Origin: Octopus sinensis
Lineage: Eukaryota
Reading direction: 5' to 3'
NCBI RefSeq assembly: GCF_006345805.1
Contig: NC_043015.1
Span: forward strand, 8,370,001 to 8,434,000
Length of the DNA stretch: 64,000 nucleotides
Shown here: positions 1-12,290 of the stretch, piece after piece
How the letters are laid out: each line of letters starts with the position of its first letter
How positions within the stretch are numbered: the first letter of the stretch is position 1
The notes under the pieces: model-generated
Seen by the model: only the letters and a program-made list of their open reading frames with translations
The model's database searches: none
Told to the model about the DNA's origin: nothing
Made by a program: the position numbers and the translations under genes

Positions 1-339
1 AACTTCAGTGTAAATAGAATTAGTAGCTGAAAAGTCCTCGATTCATTGTGAGAGGTGACTTTTTAAGATTTCATGCAGGACATTAGTCTGAAGTTAATTC
101 TGATATTACCAGTGACATTTAGTCGATGTGTGTGACATTGCATGTCCTTAAACTTTCGTTTGAGACTTTTATCGTAGTGAGAATATTGCATTATATCTAA
201 ACTATATGTCAATAGTTCCCGTACAATCCTTCTGTAAAATAAATGAAAGAAAAATATTTAGTTTATTACTATAAGACTAATATTGAAATAGATAATGAAG
301 ATGATGATCGTAATAGCAAGATGATAAACAACAACAGCG

Positions 340-340
<1 letters not shown>

Positions 341-378
<38 letters not shown>

Positions 379-401
379 TAATAAAATAATAATAATTAAT
401 A

Positions 402-445
<44 letters not shown>

Positions 446-471
446 CATAATTATTATTATTATTATTATTA

Positions 472-507
<36 letters not shown>

Positions 508-525
508 TATTATATTATTTATTAC

Positions 526-560
<35 letters not shown>

Positions 561-574
561 TATTATTATTATAT
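341..574. repeat. (AAT)n run directly followed by (ATT)n run; the ATT part is the 3' tail of the minus-strand LINE
   Basis: AAT repeats 341-422 switch to TTA repeats 423-574. Confidence 0.95.
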
Positions 575-790
575 TAGTAGTTTTATTTTTATAGCGTGCT
601 TTCACTTCACTACCGAGCGCAGCTCTGTGTGCCTTGGGTATATGCTGTGTGATTTGTTGTGATGTTCTGATGGTTATTGTATGGAAAGTGTTCTGCGTAG
701 GATGTGTGCAGTGCCTAGTAGTGCAATTTTCTGTATGTTATATGTGTTTGTAAGTCCTGGTGTTTTTGTTATGTATTTGTCTGAATATTT
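575..790 (-). mobile_element. 5'-truncated 3' end (about 215 bp) of the R4/Dong-like LINE
   Basis: About 96% identical to 817-1033; encodes the C-terminal GTAHILRRTLSIQ* plus the 3' UTR; tail at 423-574. Confidence 0.9.
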
Positions 791-816
791 TTATTATTAT
801 TATTATTATTATTATT

Positions 817-3800
817 CAGTAGTTTTATTTTTATAGCGTGCTTTCACTTCACTACCGAGCACAGCTCTGTGTGCCTTGGGTATGTGCTGTGATTTGTTGT
901 GATGCTCTGATGGTTATTGTATGGAAAGTGTTCTGCGTAGGATGTGTGCAGTGCCTAGTAGTGCAAATTTTCTGTATGTGATATGTGTTTGTAAGTCCTG
1001 GTGTTTTTGTTATGTTTTGTCTGAATATTTTTTTATCATGCCTAATGCACCTACTATGATAGGAATTGTTTCTTTTTTCAGATTCCACATTCTAGTTACC
1101 TCTATTTCCAGGTCTTTGTATTTTGAGAGTTTCTCCATTTCTTTAGAGACACGTTGTCATCAGCCGGTATTGATACATCAATTAGAAAGCATTTTTTTTC
1201 TTCATGATCTCTGACAACTATATCTGGTCTGTTGGCCTTAATTTCTCTATCTGTGTGTATGCATATCCCAGAGTATGGTTGCTTTCTCGTTTTCTGTGAC
1301 CTTTTCTGGTGTGTGCCTATACCATCTTTTTTCTGTTGTTATTCCATAATGTTGGCATAGCTTCCAATGTATGTAGGTTCCAACCTGTCATGTCTGTGAA
1401 TATATTCCTTCTTAGCCAGGACTGGGCAGCGAGAGATAATATGATTTATTGTTTCCTGTCCATCTCCACATATTCTGCAGTTACTTGTAATATTTCTTTT
1501 CATTACATGGTAATTTCTGGTGGGGAGGCTTTGGTCTTGTGCTGCAATTAAAAATCCCTCTGTTTCTGCTTTGAGTCCTGAGCTTCTCAACCATTGCTGG
1601 GATTTTTCTTTGTCTATTTCTTTTGCGTTTAGTTTAGTGCAGTATTTACCATGAAGGGGCTTTTCTTGCCATCGTTTTATCATGGTTCATTGCTGTTCTA
1701 TTTTTAGTTTGGATTTCATTTGTTTTATCGCTTTTGTTGTTTCTTCATCTTCTTCTTCTTCTTCTTCTTCATGTTTATTAGGTGGTATGATTTCTTGTTT
1801 GTATTTGTCAGCTTCCTTAAATACTGAGAACATTTTTTGTTTGCTCGTGTTTTGCCGCTATCTGGATCAGTTTGCCTCCTTCTGAAGTAGATATTTTTGC
1901 AGTCCTATGTGGTTATTGTATAGTGGTTTTCCAGCTGTATAAGGCCTCTACCACCTTCTATACGTTGTATATATAGTCTTCCTATGTCAGATTTTGGGTG
2001 ATGCATCCTAGATCCTGTCATTATTTTTCTTGTTTTCCTATCTATTTTGGTCAGTTCATTTCGTGTCCTGTTCATTTCGCGTCCAGTTCGTTTATTTCAT
2101 TGGTTTTATCTAGTGTGATGTTGTTACTCTTAACTAGTTTTCCTCTTTTCAGGGTTACTTTGGGGCATTTTTCTAATCCAAATTTCATATCTATTTCTTT
2201 GGTAAATCCATGAACTGTCTTTAATAGTGTTTCCAGCTGTTTGTCATTTGCAGCGTATAGTTTTAGGTCATCCATATATAAAAGGTGTCTGATCGTTTTG
2301 CCGTAACATTTATATCCGCATCAAGTTCTATTTAGCATATCAGATAGAGGTGACAGTGCCAAGCAAAAAAGGAGTGGAGAGAGCGTGTCTCCCTGGAATA
2401 TTCCTCTTCTAATGGGGATGTCTTTGGTTTTCATGAGTCCCTCTTTTGTTTTGAGGTGTAGGACTGCTTGCCATTTATTCATAGATTGCTCTATGAATTT
2501 TATGATTGTTGGTGCTACTTTGTTAATGGCTAGTGTTTCGAGGATCCATGTGTGTGGGATGCTATCAAACGCCTTTTTGTAGTCAATCCAGGCCATACTG
2601 AGGCCTTTCTTCTTTCTGTGGCTGTCTTCAGTTATGGCTTTATTAATCATTAGTTGATCTTTACAGCCATATGAGCCTTTGCGGCATCCTTTCTCTGCTC
2701 TTCTGGGAACAGTTTGTTTTCGTCCAGGTGCTTGTTCAGCCTTTGTGATATCACTGCAGTAAATGCCTTGAACATAGTAGGGAGACAGGTTATTGGTCTG
2801 TAGTTTTCTGGTTTTGTTGTTTTCATTTGATTTGGGAATTAAGATGGTTTTCCCCTTCGTGAGCCATTCAGGCATTGTCTCTGGCTCTGCTAGTACGTTG
2901 TTAAGGTTTTCAGCCAGCTTTTTGTGCATTCCTGTTAGATATTTCAACCAGAAGTTGGGGATCTTGTCATGCCCAGGTGCTTTCCAGTTGCTTAGTCTTT
3001 GCAGTGCCTGGGTGACCTCTTCAGTTGTTATGGGGGTCCAAAGTTGTTCAGATGCCGAGTTTGTTATTCTGATACTCCTTTGTTTTAGTTTCGTTCGCCG
3101 ACCATATTTCTCCCAGAATTCTTCCAATTCTTCTGCCGTTGGTGCTGCAGTGACTTCTATTTTATTTTTGCCCAGTTCTTGGTAGAACTTTTTGGGGTTG
3201 GAGTTGAACTTTTTGTTTTCTTCAAAGAAGCGTTGGCGTTTCTTGTACCGGCGGATCCTTGTGCTTTGGCAAGGATATCTTGCTTCAGCTTTTCTTTTAT
3301 TTCAGGCAAATCCTTCTCTGTGATGTTATATTGCGGAGTATTTTTGTTCTCTTTTTGTTGCTCGTAGCGTTGATTGTTTGCTGATTTCATTAAGAATCGA
3401 CAGGTCTTTTCTAATTTTTTTTATTTTGTGGGATGTTATTTATCCACAGGGTTTGTTTGGGTGGTGGTACTCTTGTTTGGGCGGGTGGGTGAGTATCCAG
3501 CTTCTTTTGTGGCTGCAGTGGCTGCTGCGTATATTAGGTTATTTAGCTCAGTGATATCACTTTTTTTTGATTCAGTGGCTATCAGTTCAGTGACGGCTAG
3601 GTTTATGCTGTTTATAATAGGTGTTGTTATTTTGTTTATTTTGATTCTTGGGAGGTATGGTCGGTGGTCCATTTTGGGCTCTGTGGTTTTCAGTTCTTTG
3701 ATTTTTTTTTTTTTATATTATCATAATCATTAGGCTCCCCTTCGTTGTTTACATCGTGTTTGTTGGGAATGTTGCGTTTGTCTTCGTGTTTTACAGTTTC

Positions 3801-4573
3801 AGTGTTTATATTATTGGGCATTGTTGTGTGGCTTCTATCTACATTTTCCTGGTGTATGTTTTCTTTTAGGTGTTCTATTTCTATTTCTGATATTTTTTTG
3901 TGTTGAGAATGTATCTTCGTACGTTAGCTAATTTATTAGGGTCCATTGATGTATCCAAGTCTATATCTCTATTATTTTCCTTCCATATTTTATATGTATG
4001 TGTTGTTGTATTTTCATTTTTGGGTAGAGTACTGCTGTGAAGTATGCGTGTAAGATAGAAATGTATTCCTCACGTGTCCATTTACGTCTTTTGGGTTTTA
4101 TTTGCGGGACATGAGGTACAACGTCCGGCCCATTATTTTGACGGTCGTCATTTTCGTAGGGTACCGGTCCGTTTATTTCTGTTGTCACATTATTTCGCAC
4201 GTGTAGTTTTTCGTACAATTTTTGTTGTAAGTTTAATGTACGTACCGCTCCATTGTTATTCTTGGGTTGAATAGTATCTGTGGCATTTAATTTCTTCGTA
4301 GTTCCTTTGTACATGGTGTTTGGGGTCGGAGGTGATCGTGATGTTCCACGCATGTTTACATGTGTTGCGTTAGAGGCGGAGATGATATCGAGTCAAAATA
4401 CATCATTTCGTTTCGAAAATAGTAATAAATTTCAATTAGTATACTTACTCGGATACAGTCCAATCTTTGTTAGTAAAACTTGGCTCCATAGGATGTCCTT
4501 GTTTTCGATGTTTGTGGATAGATTTCGGAGCTCTGAATTTTCCTTCTTACATCTTAAACGTCCCCGGTGTTCC
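817..4573 (-). mobile_element. Near full-length R4-clade (Dong-like) non-LTR retrotransposon with REL endonuclease
   Basis: Minus-strand domain order: Myb-like RRKWTREEY; RT (WKAPGHDKIPNFWLK, IDYKKAFDSIPH, GIFQGDTLSPLLF, LYMDDLKLY); CCHC knuckle (CRICG..ETINHIISRC); REL motif (RPDIVVRD..FLIDVSIP). (TTA)n on both sides. Confidence 0.95.
914..4353 (-). pseudogene. Single polyprotein ORF of the Dong-like element (Myb-RT-ZnK-REL), broken by several 1-bp frameshifts in this sequence
   Basis: ORF pieces 3961-4353, 3436-3672, 3157-3390, 2321-3127, 2072-2275 and 1339-1683 join by frame switches; stop TAA at 914-916. Confidence 0.85.
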
Positions 4574-4632
<59 letters not shown>

Positions 4633-4650
4633 ACTATTATTATTATTAAT
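4574..4650. repeat. (TTA)n microsatellite abutting the LINE 5' end
   Basis: Direct reading. Confidence 0.95.
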
Positions 4651-5512
4651 ATCAATATTATTATTATATTGATGCATGGACGTATGATAACAAGCTGCAG
4701 GGAAGATAGATCAAATCTGAAACCAGCAGGAAGCAGTAATCAAGAATGTGCAAAAGCAATGTAAGAAAACTGTCTTAATGTCGCCATTTATATGGAGTGT
4801 AAGTACACACACACACACACATGCACACACACACACACACACACACAATATATATATATATATATATATATACATACATAATAACATACATAATACATAC
4901 ATATATATATATACATATATATATATTTATACATACATAAATACATATATATGTGCAGACATACATACGCCATTGCAACATTTGTGTAAAAATGTAAATA
5001 AATGGAATGCAATATTTCTAGACGAAAACTGTATGTCTGTGATTAATTTTTTTTAAAATTCAAATTTTAATTACATATTCATTTCATATTTTTACAAAAC
5101 CTCCATATATATCCGCATTACTCTTCCTTCTCGGCTTCTCGCAGACACATCAGTAGTAATTAGAAATACGAAAGAAACATCAACACATGTCCATGGTCGG
5201 TGTTTAGTCATTTAAGTAAATGCTGTAAAACCTAATTCATAACAAAACCAACCAACAGAGAAAGAACGGTGGACAAATAACCATAAATACTATGAAATAG
5301 TTGATTTGATTTACAAACACTACTACGCAACAGTAACAACGGGATAAAAAGCAAGGAAAAAAAATGAATGAATGAATGAATGAAAAAGAAAGAAATAATG
5401 AAGGAAGGAAGGAAAGAAGAAAATATAGAATGAAAGAATGACAGATGTACTTGCATAGCAAGGGACTTGATCTGATATCGTGTGCTGAAACGAAAGCAAT
5501 TGCATCATGGAA

Positions 5513-5714
5513 GGTGTTTGTAACCCATTTAAGAAACACAAAAGCCGTTCGATTCACTTCAACATTTAAGTTTAATTTGCTCAGATGCAGCACGGATTGT
5601 TGTCAGTGAACAGGTCGCGGTCTTAAAGCGACGATAATATTTTGACAAATTAAACTGAAATGTTGAAGTGAATCGAACGGCTTTTGTGTGTTTCTTAAAT
5701 ATCTTACAAACACC
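5513..5714. repeat. Inverted repeat with arms of about 67 bp (5513-5579 / 5646-5714) and a 66-nt spacer
   Basis: ggtgtttgtaa..aagaaacacaaaagccgttcgattcacttcaacattt..gtttaatttg is the reverse complement of caaattaaac..aaatgttgaagtgaatcgaacggcttttgtg..tttctt..ttacaaacacc. Confidence 0.9.
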
Positions 5715-8385
5715 GTCCACGCTGCGAAGGAATGACAGAGTAAACGAAACAAACAGAGAAAGAGAACATCCGTGGAGAAGGCAATTGCAGAGAAAAGTAG
5801 ACCAGTCTCAGAAATATGTTGCGAGGGTAGGGATTCAAAAAGATAAAATGCTGATTCCATGAAGAAATCCAGAGAAAGTACTTACTGAAACAAAAAAGAC
5901 AGAGGAAAGTTATTGAAGAATTGAAGGAAAGGATAAAAGTAAAGACTGCCATGATCAACAAGTACAATAACAGAATTGAGCAGTTTAGACAAAATAAGTT
6001 GTTTGCAACTGATCAAAGTATATTTCATAAGGAACTAAATAAAGATGTTACAGTGAACGTATCACCCAACAATGGAAATTCAAAGAAATTCTAGTGAAAC
6101 TTTTGGAGCCGCGAAGTGAAACACAATGGCGATGCAGAATGCTTTAAAAAGATAAATTCCAAGAACGCTGATTTACCAAAACAGAGAAACATATGGATCA
6201 CATGAGAAAAGTTTAAAAAATGACTTGAAAGAGAAGCCAAATTGGAAATCTCCTGGACTAGATTAGGTCCAGGGATTTCGTGCTAAAACGTTTCACTGCG
6301 CTTCATGACAGAATGAGCACACAAACCATTGTATTGGGAGAGATGTTCCTTAATGGATAACAAAAGTTAGGACAGTGTTGATATTGAAAGATCAAAAGAA
6401 AGGAGATATTGCAAATAACTACCGATCAATAACTTGTGTATTCCACTGATGTGGACGTTGCTAATATTTGTTATTGCGATGAAATATATATATCTATATG
6501 TATATACCTTGCGGAGCGAGATATGCTCTTAGAAGAACAGAAAGGATATGCAAAAGCTTCCCAGGTGGAAAACGAATTATTATATATAGATCAGCAAGTC
6601 CTCCGAAATGTCAAAAGCAGGAGGTAAGACTTACCAACGGCACGGATTAATTATGAAAATGCAAATAAATGTGTGGCGTACTTCTGGATGCTAGAATACA
6701 TCGCCATATATGGGGGTAACTGAAAAAGTTGCCCAGGTCTTAGAAAACAGTATACGGAAATGGAGAAGTATACTAGCAATATGTGAAGACAAATTATTTG
6801 CAGTCACTGGGAATATACTCTCACCAATGAGACCACGAACTTAGCAGTTATGAGAAAATATATCTCCTCCTGTCTATGGACAACTTTAAATTATTTTCCA
6901 GAACTGAGAAAGCTGCTACAGCTCTGAGTGATAACATTGGTATGAAGTTTGTAAAAGATAAGTGTTCAGTGCAAATGCTATGGAGAAGATAATACCAAAG
7001 CAAAATCAATTAAACTTCCAAATAAGACATCAATGGGAAGACTGATTCAGGGTGAGTGTTACAATTACCTCGGTGTATTTGAGGCGCAGATAAAATCCTC
7101 TGCGGGAAATGAAAGGTGAGCGAAGAAATGAATATATTAGGAAAGGTATACAGGTACTAATCTCAAAGCACAGTGGATGGAAGCGCAAATTCACAGTAAC
7201 CGTATTGCCGGTCTCTGAAATGATATAGCGCTTCCGGATTGGAGAAAAGAAGAAAGACAATGTCCAGGTATATATCGCTTCATTCTAGGGAAAGTATGGA
7301 TGGTTTATACCCGCCACGGAAGAAGTGGAGAGAGGACTGATATGAATAGACATCGGAACAGAGATAGTCAAACACGAACTACAAGTGTTTACGAGAAGCA
7401 ACTCAGAAAGACTAATTTCAACTGCCAGAGAAGAGGAGAAAGTAATTGTGAAAACGACAAAGGAATACAAGAAAAAAAGAAAACGGAGAGAGAAAAAGAC
7501 ATCTAAAGATAAGAACCATACTGTCATCATCTTAGACAAAGGTAGGGCATTTCAGCAGAAGAGTCTTGGTTAGGCCTGAAGAATGAAAATCATAAGAAAG
7601 AAACTGATGGACTCGGAATTCTCACTCAAATCCAGTCATTGCGAACGAATATCATTAATGCAAAATTAGACAAATACGCGAAATGTGCAACGTGCAGACT
7701 ATGTAATGAGAAAGATAAACCCGTTATGATAATAAATACCTCTTGTCCTTTAACACAGAATTTATATAGACTCTAAGATGCCAGTGTGGCCAAGGACGTG
7801 CACTAGGATAAATTAGGGTTGAGAAGATTTAAAGGAAGAAGAAAATGAGACCGGCACGAACCAGAAAGTGTAATAGAGACAGGCGGTATTAAGTTTTATT
7901 GGATTTTACTATACAGATTGTTCGCGAATGTCGTGCAGGAAGACCAGATTTGGTACTGGAAAAGGGAAAAAAGGGAGCATCATCATAGGTGTGGATATAT
8001 CTCCGGATGTGAATACTGCGCTCAAACACAGGAGAAAAGAGGACAATACCAGGATTTAGTTAGTGCAAAGTAAAGACCATGGAGAGTTTCTAAAATAATC
8101 TCAATTGTTAAGGTACCCTGATTGCCGTCCACAATAAACTTACCAGCTCCCTAACTGGCATTGATTAACGAGAGTTGCATTAACTCAAAAATATCCTCTA
8201 TTGGGAACAGCAATGATTGTAAGAAAGGTCCTCTATATCTAAGGAAACTGTTATATATCCCGGTATAAAGGATATGGATTTCGAATGTAAAACAATCGTG
8301 CACACCATAACAACAACAATGATAATAACAACAACAACAACAACAACAACGGCGACAGCAATAATAATAGTAATAGTTTTTATTA
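5640..8385 (+). mobile_element. Old, heavily degraded R4/Dong-like LINE
   Basis: Relic motifs WKSPGLD (~6243), GRTVLILKDQKKGDIANNYR-like (~6365-6425), EEQKG (~6531), RPDLVLE-like (~7940), C-terminal LLGTAMIVRKVLYI* (~8197-8242), then a (CAA/TAA)n tail. Confidence 0.8.
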
Positions 8386-9189
8386 TTATATAATCAGCAA
8401 TATATTTACAAGAATAGTAATAATATTAACAATAAAATTAACAATATTTGATGTCATCCTTCACCCGGCACTCATTTGCTAATATTTGTAAGGATTTTTT
8501 TATTAGGTATTGACAAAGATAGCAAATTGACTGACATATATACTTGACATCCTAACATATTTCATCTCAGATGGTTCAGAGATCACAGATGCATCAACGA
8601 ACATCTTAACATGAGATCTGATGCTAATGGATATTAATTCAATTCTTGCAATTCATCTTAGTATTGAGGAACCGTAATCCTTTATATTACTTTGAATGGC
8701 ATTCAGCATGGTTATCATCAATTATCACATCTCAATGCTGAAGTATCCTCCTTCGCTGCTATAACCCTGAGACCACCTTCAAAACTTCTACCACAATATA
8801 TATCGCCCAAATATTGTGTATCTCTCTTTAATACTGCGTTTGATGAGTTACGGTTGATGATCTATTGGAAAGAAATGGATTTTGAGACGGCTTATTACTC
8901 AATTCAATTGATAAAATTTCAGTTGTAATGCAGTAATAATTAATTAAGGAATGTTCATTTGTAAGTAAAGCGTAATTATTACATCGTCATTGCACCATCG
9001 GAGGAACATTCGTAGGAAAGGAAATACATTTAGGATTTGGAAATGACGCTTACATAAAATATGGATGTCCCAACCCTGTGCGGCATTTAAATAAAAATAA
9101 CCAATATCTTCTAATTGTAATTAGCCTGGCATCATTCAGCCTTGTTACAATACATACAAGATACAATGGATTAACTGCATGTAATACTC

Positions 9190-9577
9190 ATTTCTTTACT
9201 ACCCACAAGGGGCTAAACATAGTGGACAAACAAGAACAGACAAAGGGATTAAGTCGATTACCTCGAACCCAGTGCGTAACGGGTACTTAATTTATCGACC
9301 CCGAAATAATGAAAGACAAAGTTGACCTCAGCGGAATTTGAACTCAACGTAAATACAGACGAAATAACTATTTCTTTACTTCACACAAGGGGCTAAACAT
9401 AGAGTTGACAAACAAGGGCAGACAAAGGGATTAAGTCGATTACATCGATCCCAGTGCGTAACGGGTACGTATATTATCGACCCCGAAAGGATAAAAGACA
9501 AAGTCGACCTCGGCGGAATTTGAATTCAGAACGTAACGGCAGACGAAATACGGCTACGCAATTCGTCCGGCATGCTA
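9190..9577 (-). mobile_element. tRNA-headed SINE (type D, Meta-domain-like core) with two tandem 180-bp units
   Basis: tttctttact at 9191 and 9371 (period 180); minus strand has B-box-like gttcaaattcc followed by gaggtcgactttgtcttttatcctttcggggtcgat, which resembles the MetaSINE/Sauria core. Confidence 0.8.
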
Positions 9578-9991
9578 AAACTGCATGTAATAATGTTAGA
9601 TAGCAGCTTCCTTAAATTGAACTAAGACGATTTCAGTTTCCTATATTATTTGATGATACATTAGATACAAACCAAACGACAGAAAAATGAAAACTAATTT
9701 GGTAGTATTATATGGATTATTAAAACAAAAATCCATCCTGCTGCTGGGATAAATGTTATCGATGGCATTTTATTTTCATTTCCATTTTCAATTATCAGAG
9801 TAAAATTACGTAAGATTTAAGATGGAGAGGAAAACATTTGAAGAAGGTTAATGTTCAAGAAAAGAGTAGTAAATTTCTTTGTTATCTGAGTGCAAATATG
9901 TGTGCGAAGATGATGGCGCGAGAAAATTGCAATAATGAATTACGCTCTTCGGAGCGTATGATTAAGATATCTAATAAAATCACAGAAACGA

Positions 9992-10041
<50 letters not shown>

Positions 10042-10784
10042 CCTCAATACAATTAATACGAGTAATGTTAACTTATTAGACGCAGCAAAAGTGGGGGATT
10101 AGTTCAGTTAGAATAGGCTTGGAAATGATTCCATTCTATGTGTTGTTTCAAGTGGTTTGCCTTCTGAGACACAAATTCTGCGAGGTTACCATTTACAGTT
10201 CCTTACTTGGGGAACCTTTGGGAAATGTGTAAGCAATTATTTTCTAATGAGAAAATGTGGAAAACGAACCTTCAAATTATAATTACATAGTATGACCAAT
10301 ATCCATACTAATTTTCTGATGCAAAATTTATAGGAACATTTGCGAACAGAGTTCTATATTCTTATGCAAAAGACTTTACATTCATTTACATTTTGTTAGA
10401 CAATCACTCAATATATATGCTAAAAGACTTTAAGCAATATCTGCCTCCGGAACAGAAAGGAGAACTTAGCTCATTTATGAGAAGTGAAGTGACTTTGAAT
10501 TTGTATCTAAACCACTTAGTTTTTGTAACGCTAACATACAATTTCATTTCTTATTACGTTCAACTTATCATCACAATTTACATGTAATTTTGACTGGTTA
10601 TAAAAAAACTATGTCATTATACGAAGGTATTTCCAAGTTCTTTTTGCTACGTACTAAAATAAAGAAGAAACTAGCAACACAGTATGATGAATAAATAGTT
10701 GTTTGTTCCTTTCTAGACTCAACTTATTCGATTGCATTTTCGAATATATTTGTTGCATCAACTATTTGTCTTGATATTAAATGC

Positions 10785-11901
10785 TTGACCAACTTACTAG
10801 TAATGGAAGAATTGGTGACGCGCATCCTCGATGATAGTGATGCTGTTGACATCGTTTTATTGGACTTTGCCAAAGCTTTTGACTCGGTAAACCACCGCCT
10901 ACTACTTGTCAAGCTTCAAGCATATAGTTTCCATCCGGATATTGTACGATGGGTTGGTGCCTTCCTCTCAGATCACTCCTTCCAAGTTCAAGTTAATGGT
11001 TCGCGGTCCGACGTCTCCAGTGCGAATAGTGGCGTGCCTCAAGGTTCAGTGCTTGGGCCCTTGTTGTTCTTAGTCTTCATAAATGACTTGCCCGACGACC
11101 TCACGCAACACACCCTTCTATTTGCCGACGATATCAAACTGGTCGCTCCTCGCGGTAGTATAGAGGATCTTCGTCGATGCCTCCACGTAATTTGGAAGTG
11201 GTCTAACGATTGGGACCTGTGTCTGAACGTGTCAAAGTGCTGTCATCTGAAATCAACTTGATTTCGAGCCGGGTCGTCTACTGCTGGAGAGGACCGATCA
11301 GGTAAAGGACCTGGGTATCTTGGTGGATTCCTCCTTTTCGCCTTCGGCCCAGTGCGTCCATGCTGCCAACAAAGCGCGAGGAATTCTGTTTTTGATTCGA
11401 CGGTCATTCGGAATGCTCACAGCAGCCATATTCCTACCACTCTATGTCACGCTGGTGAGACCCATATTGGAGTATGGGATTCAAGCCTCTTCTCCTTATC
11501 TCCTCAAAGACATACAGCACCTCGAAAGAGTCCAGAGGCTGGCTACCCGCATGGTTCATGGTCTCAAAAATTTGTCCTACGAAGAAAGGCTGAGGACGCT
11601 CGACCTTTGTTCTCTTGAAAAATGCCGCCGCCGTGGTGATCTCATTCTCGCCCACAACATCATAAGCGGAAAGTGTAACCTCTCGAAAGAGCTGTTCTTC
11701 ACTCCTGCTCCGGAGCGTCGGCTGCGGGGTCATTCCGAAAAGCTCTACCTGCGACGATTTCATCTCAATCGAAGGAGAGGAGCTTTCTCCGTCCGGGTTG
11801 CGGATCCGTGGAACAAGCTGCCAGACGAGATGGTGAAGATGCCGACGACCGCTTTGTTCAAAACCTCCCTGGACCTCAAGTGGCCTGAACTCTTTACATG
11901 A
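10785..11901 (+). pseudogene. CR1 ORF2 reverse transcriptase fragment with one frameshift near 11255
   Basis: Stop-free ORFs 10785-11261 and about 11253-11901 carry consecutive RT and C-terminal motifs. Confidence 0.85.
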
Positions 11902-11965
11902 ACACCACCCTGTACTTAACTCCATGTCCCCCTACATGGCCTTGCTATTTGCTTTTGAACCAAAT

Positions 11966-11996
<31 letters not shown>

Positions 11997-11997
11997 A
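10785..11997 (+). mobile_element. 5'-truncated CR1-clade LINE (RT C-terminal half, 3' UTR, (CTAA)n tail)
   Basis: LDFAKAFDSV, SGVPQGSVLGPLLF, LFADDIKL, KDLGILVD, LVRPILEYG, LERVQRLATR, LSYEERL, RGDLI, WNKLP; (ctaa)n at 11963-11997. Confidence 0.95.
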
Positions 11998-12124
11998 TAG
12001 GCAAATTGCATTTGATGCATCTCGTACCGTGTACACGGTTGAATGTTCCCAACTAATTTGATGGCTGAATGCATACTTCCGAAATACGTTCTATAATTCT
12101 TGTAACTGCTAATATTTGACTAGC

Positions 12125-12290
12125 TGAATGCGGTGAGCTGGCAGAATTGTGAGTACGCCGGGCAAAGAGCATTTTGTCTGTCTTTATGTCCTGAGTTCAA
12201 ATTCTGACTTTCAAAAATATAGGTAACAATTGATCATTGATCATTAGCCCCTTTCCCAAACCTGTTTGTCGTGTGCCGAAATTTTAAACC
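12125..12290 (+). mobile_element. Degraded, internally deleted type D SINE
   Basis: gagctggcagaattgtgagtacgccgggcaaa..tctgagttcaaattc-like head; tail gtgtgccgaaattttaaacc. Confidence 0.6.

Noticed and set aside
1140-1170. Minus-strand CTGATGA..GAAA inside the Dong ORF
   Set aside because: It is coding sequence (PADD motif region) with no stems.
9190-9577. Regular repeats that might suggest a CRISPR array
   Set aside because: The units are 180-bp SINE bodies with no unique spacers, in a eukaryotic context.
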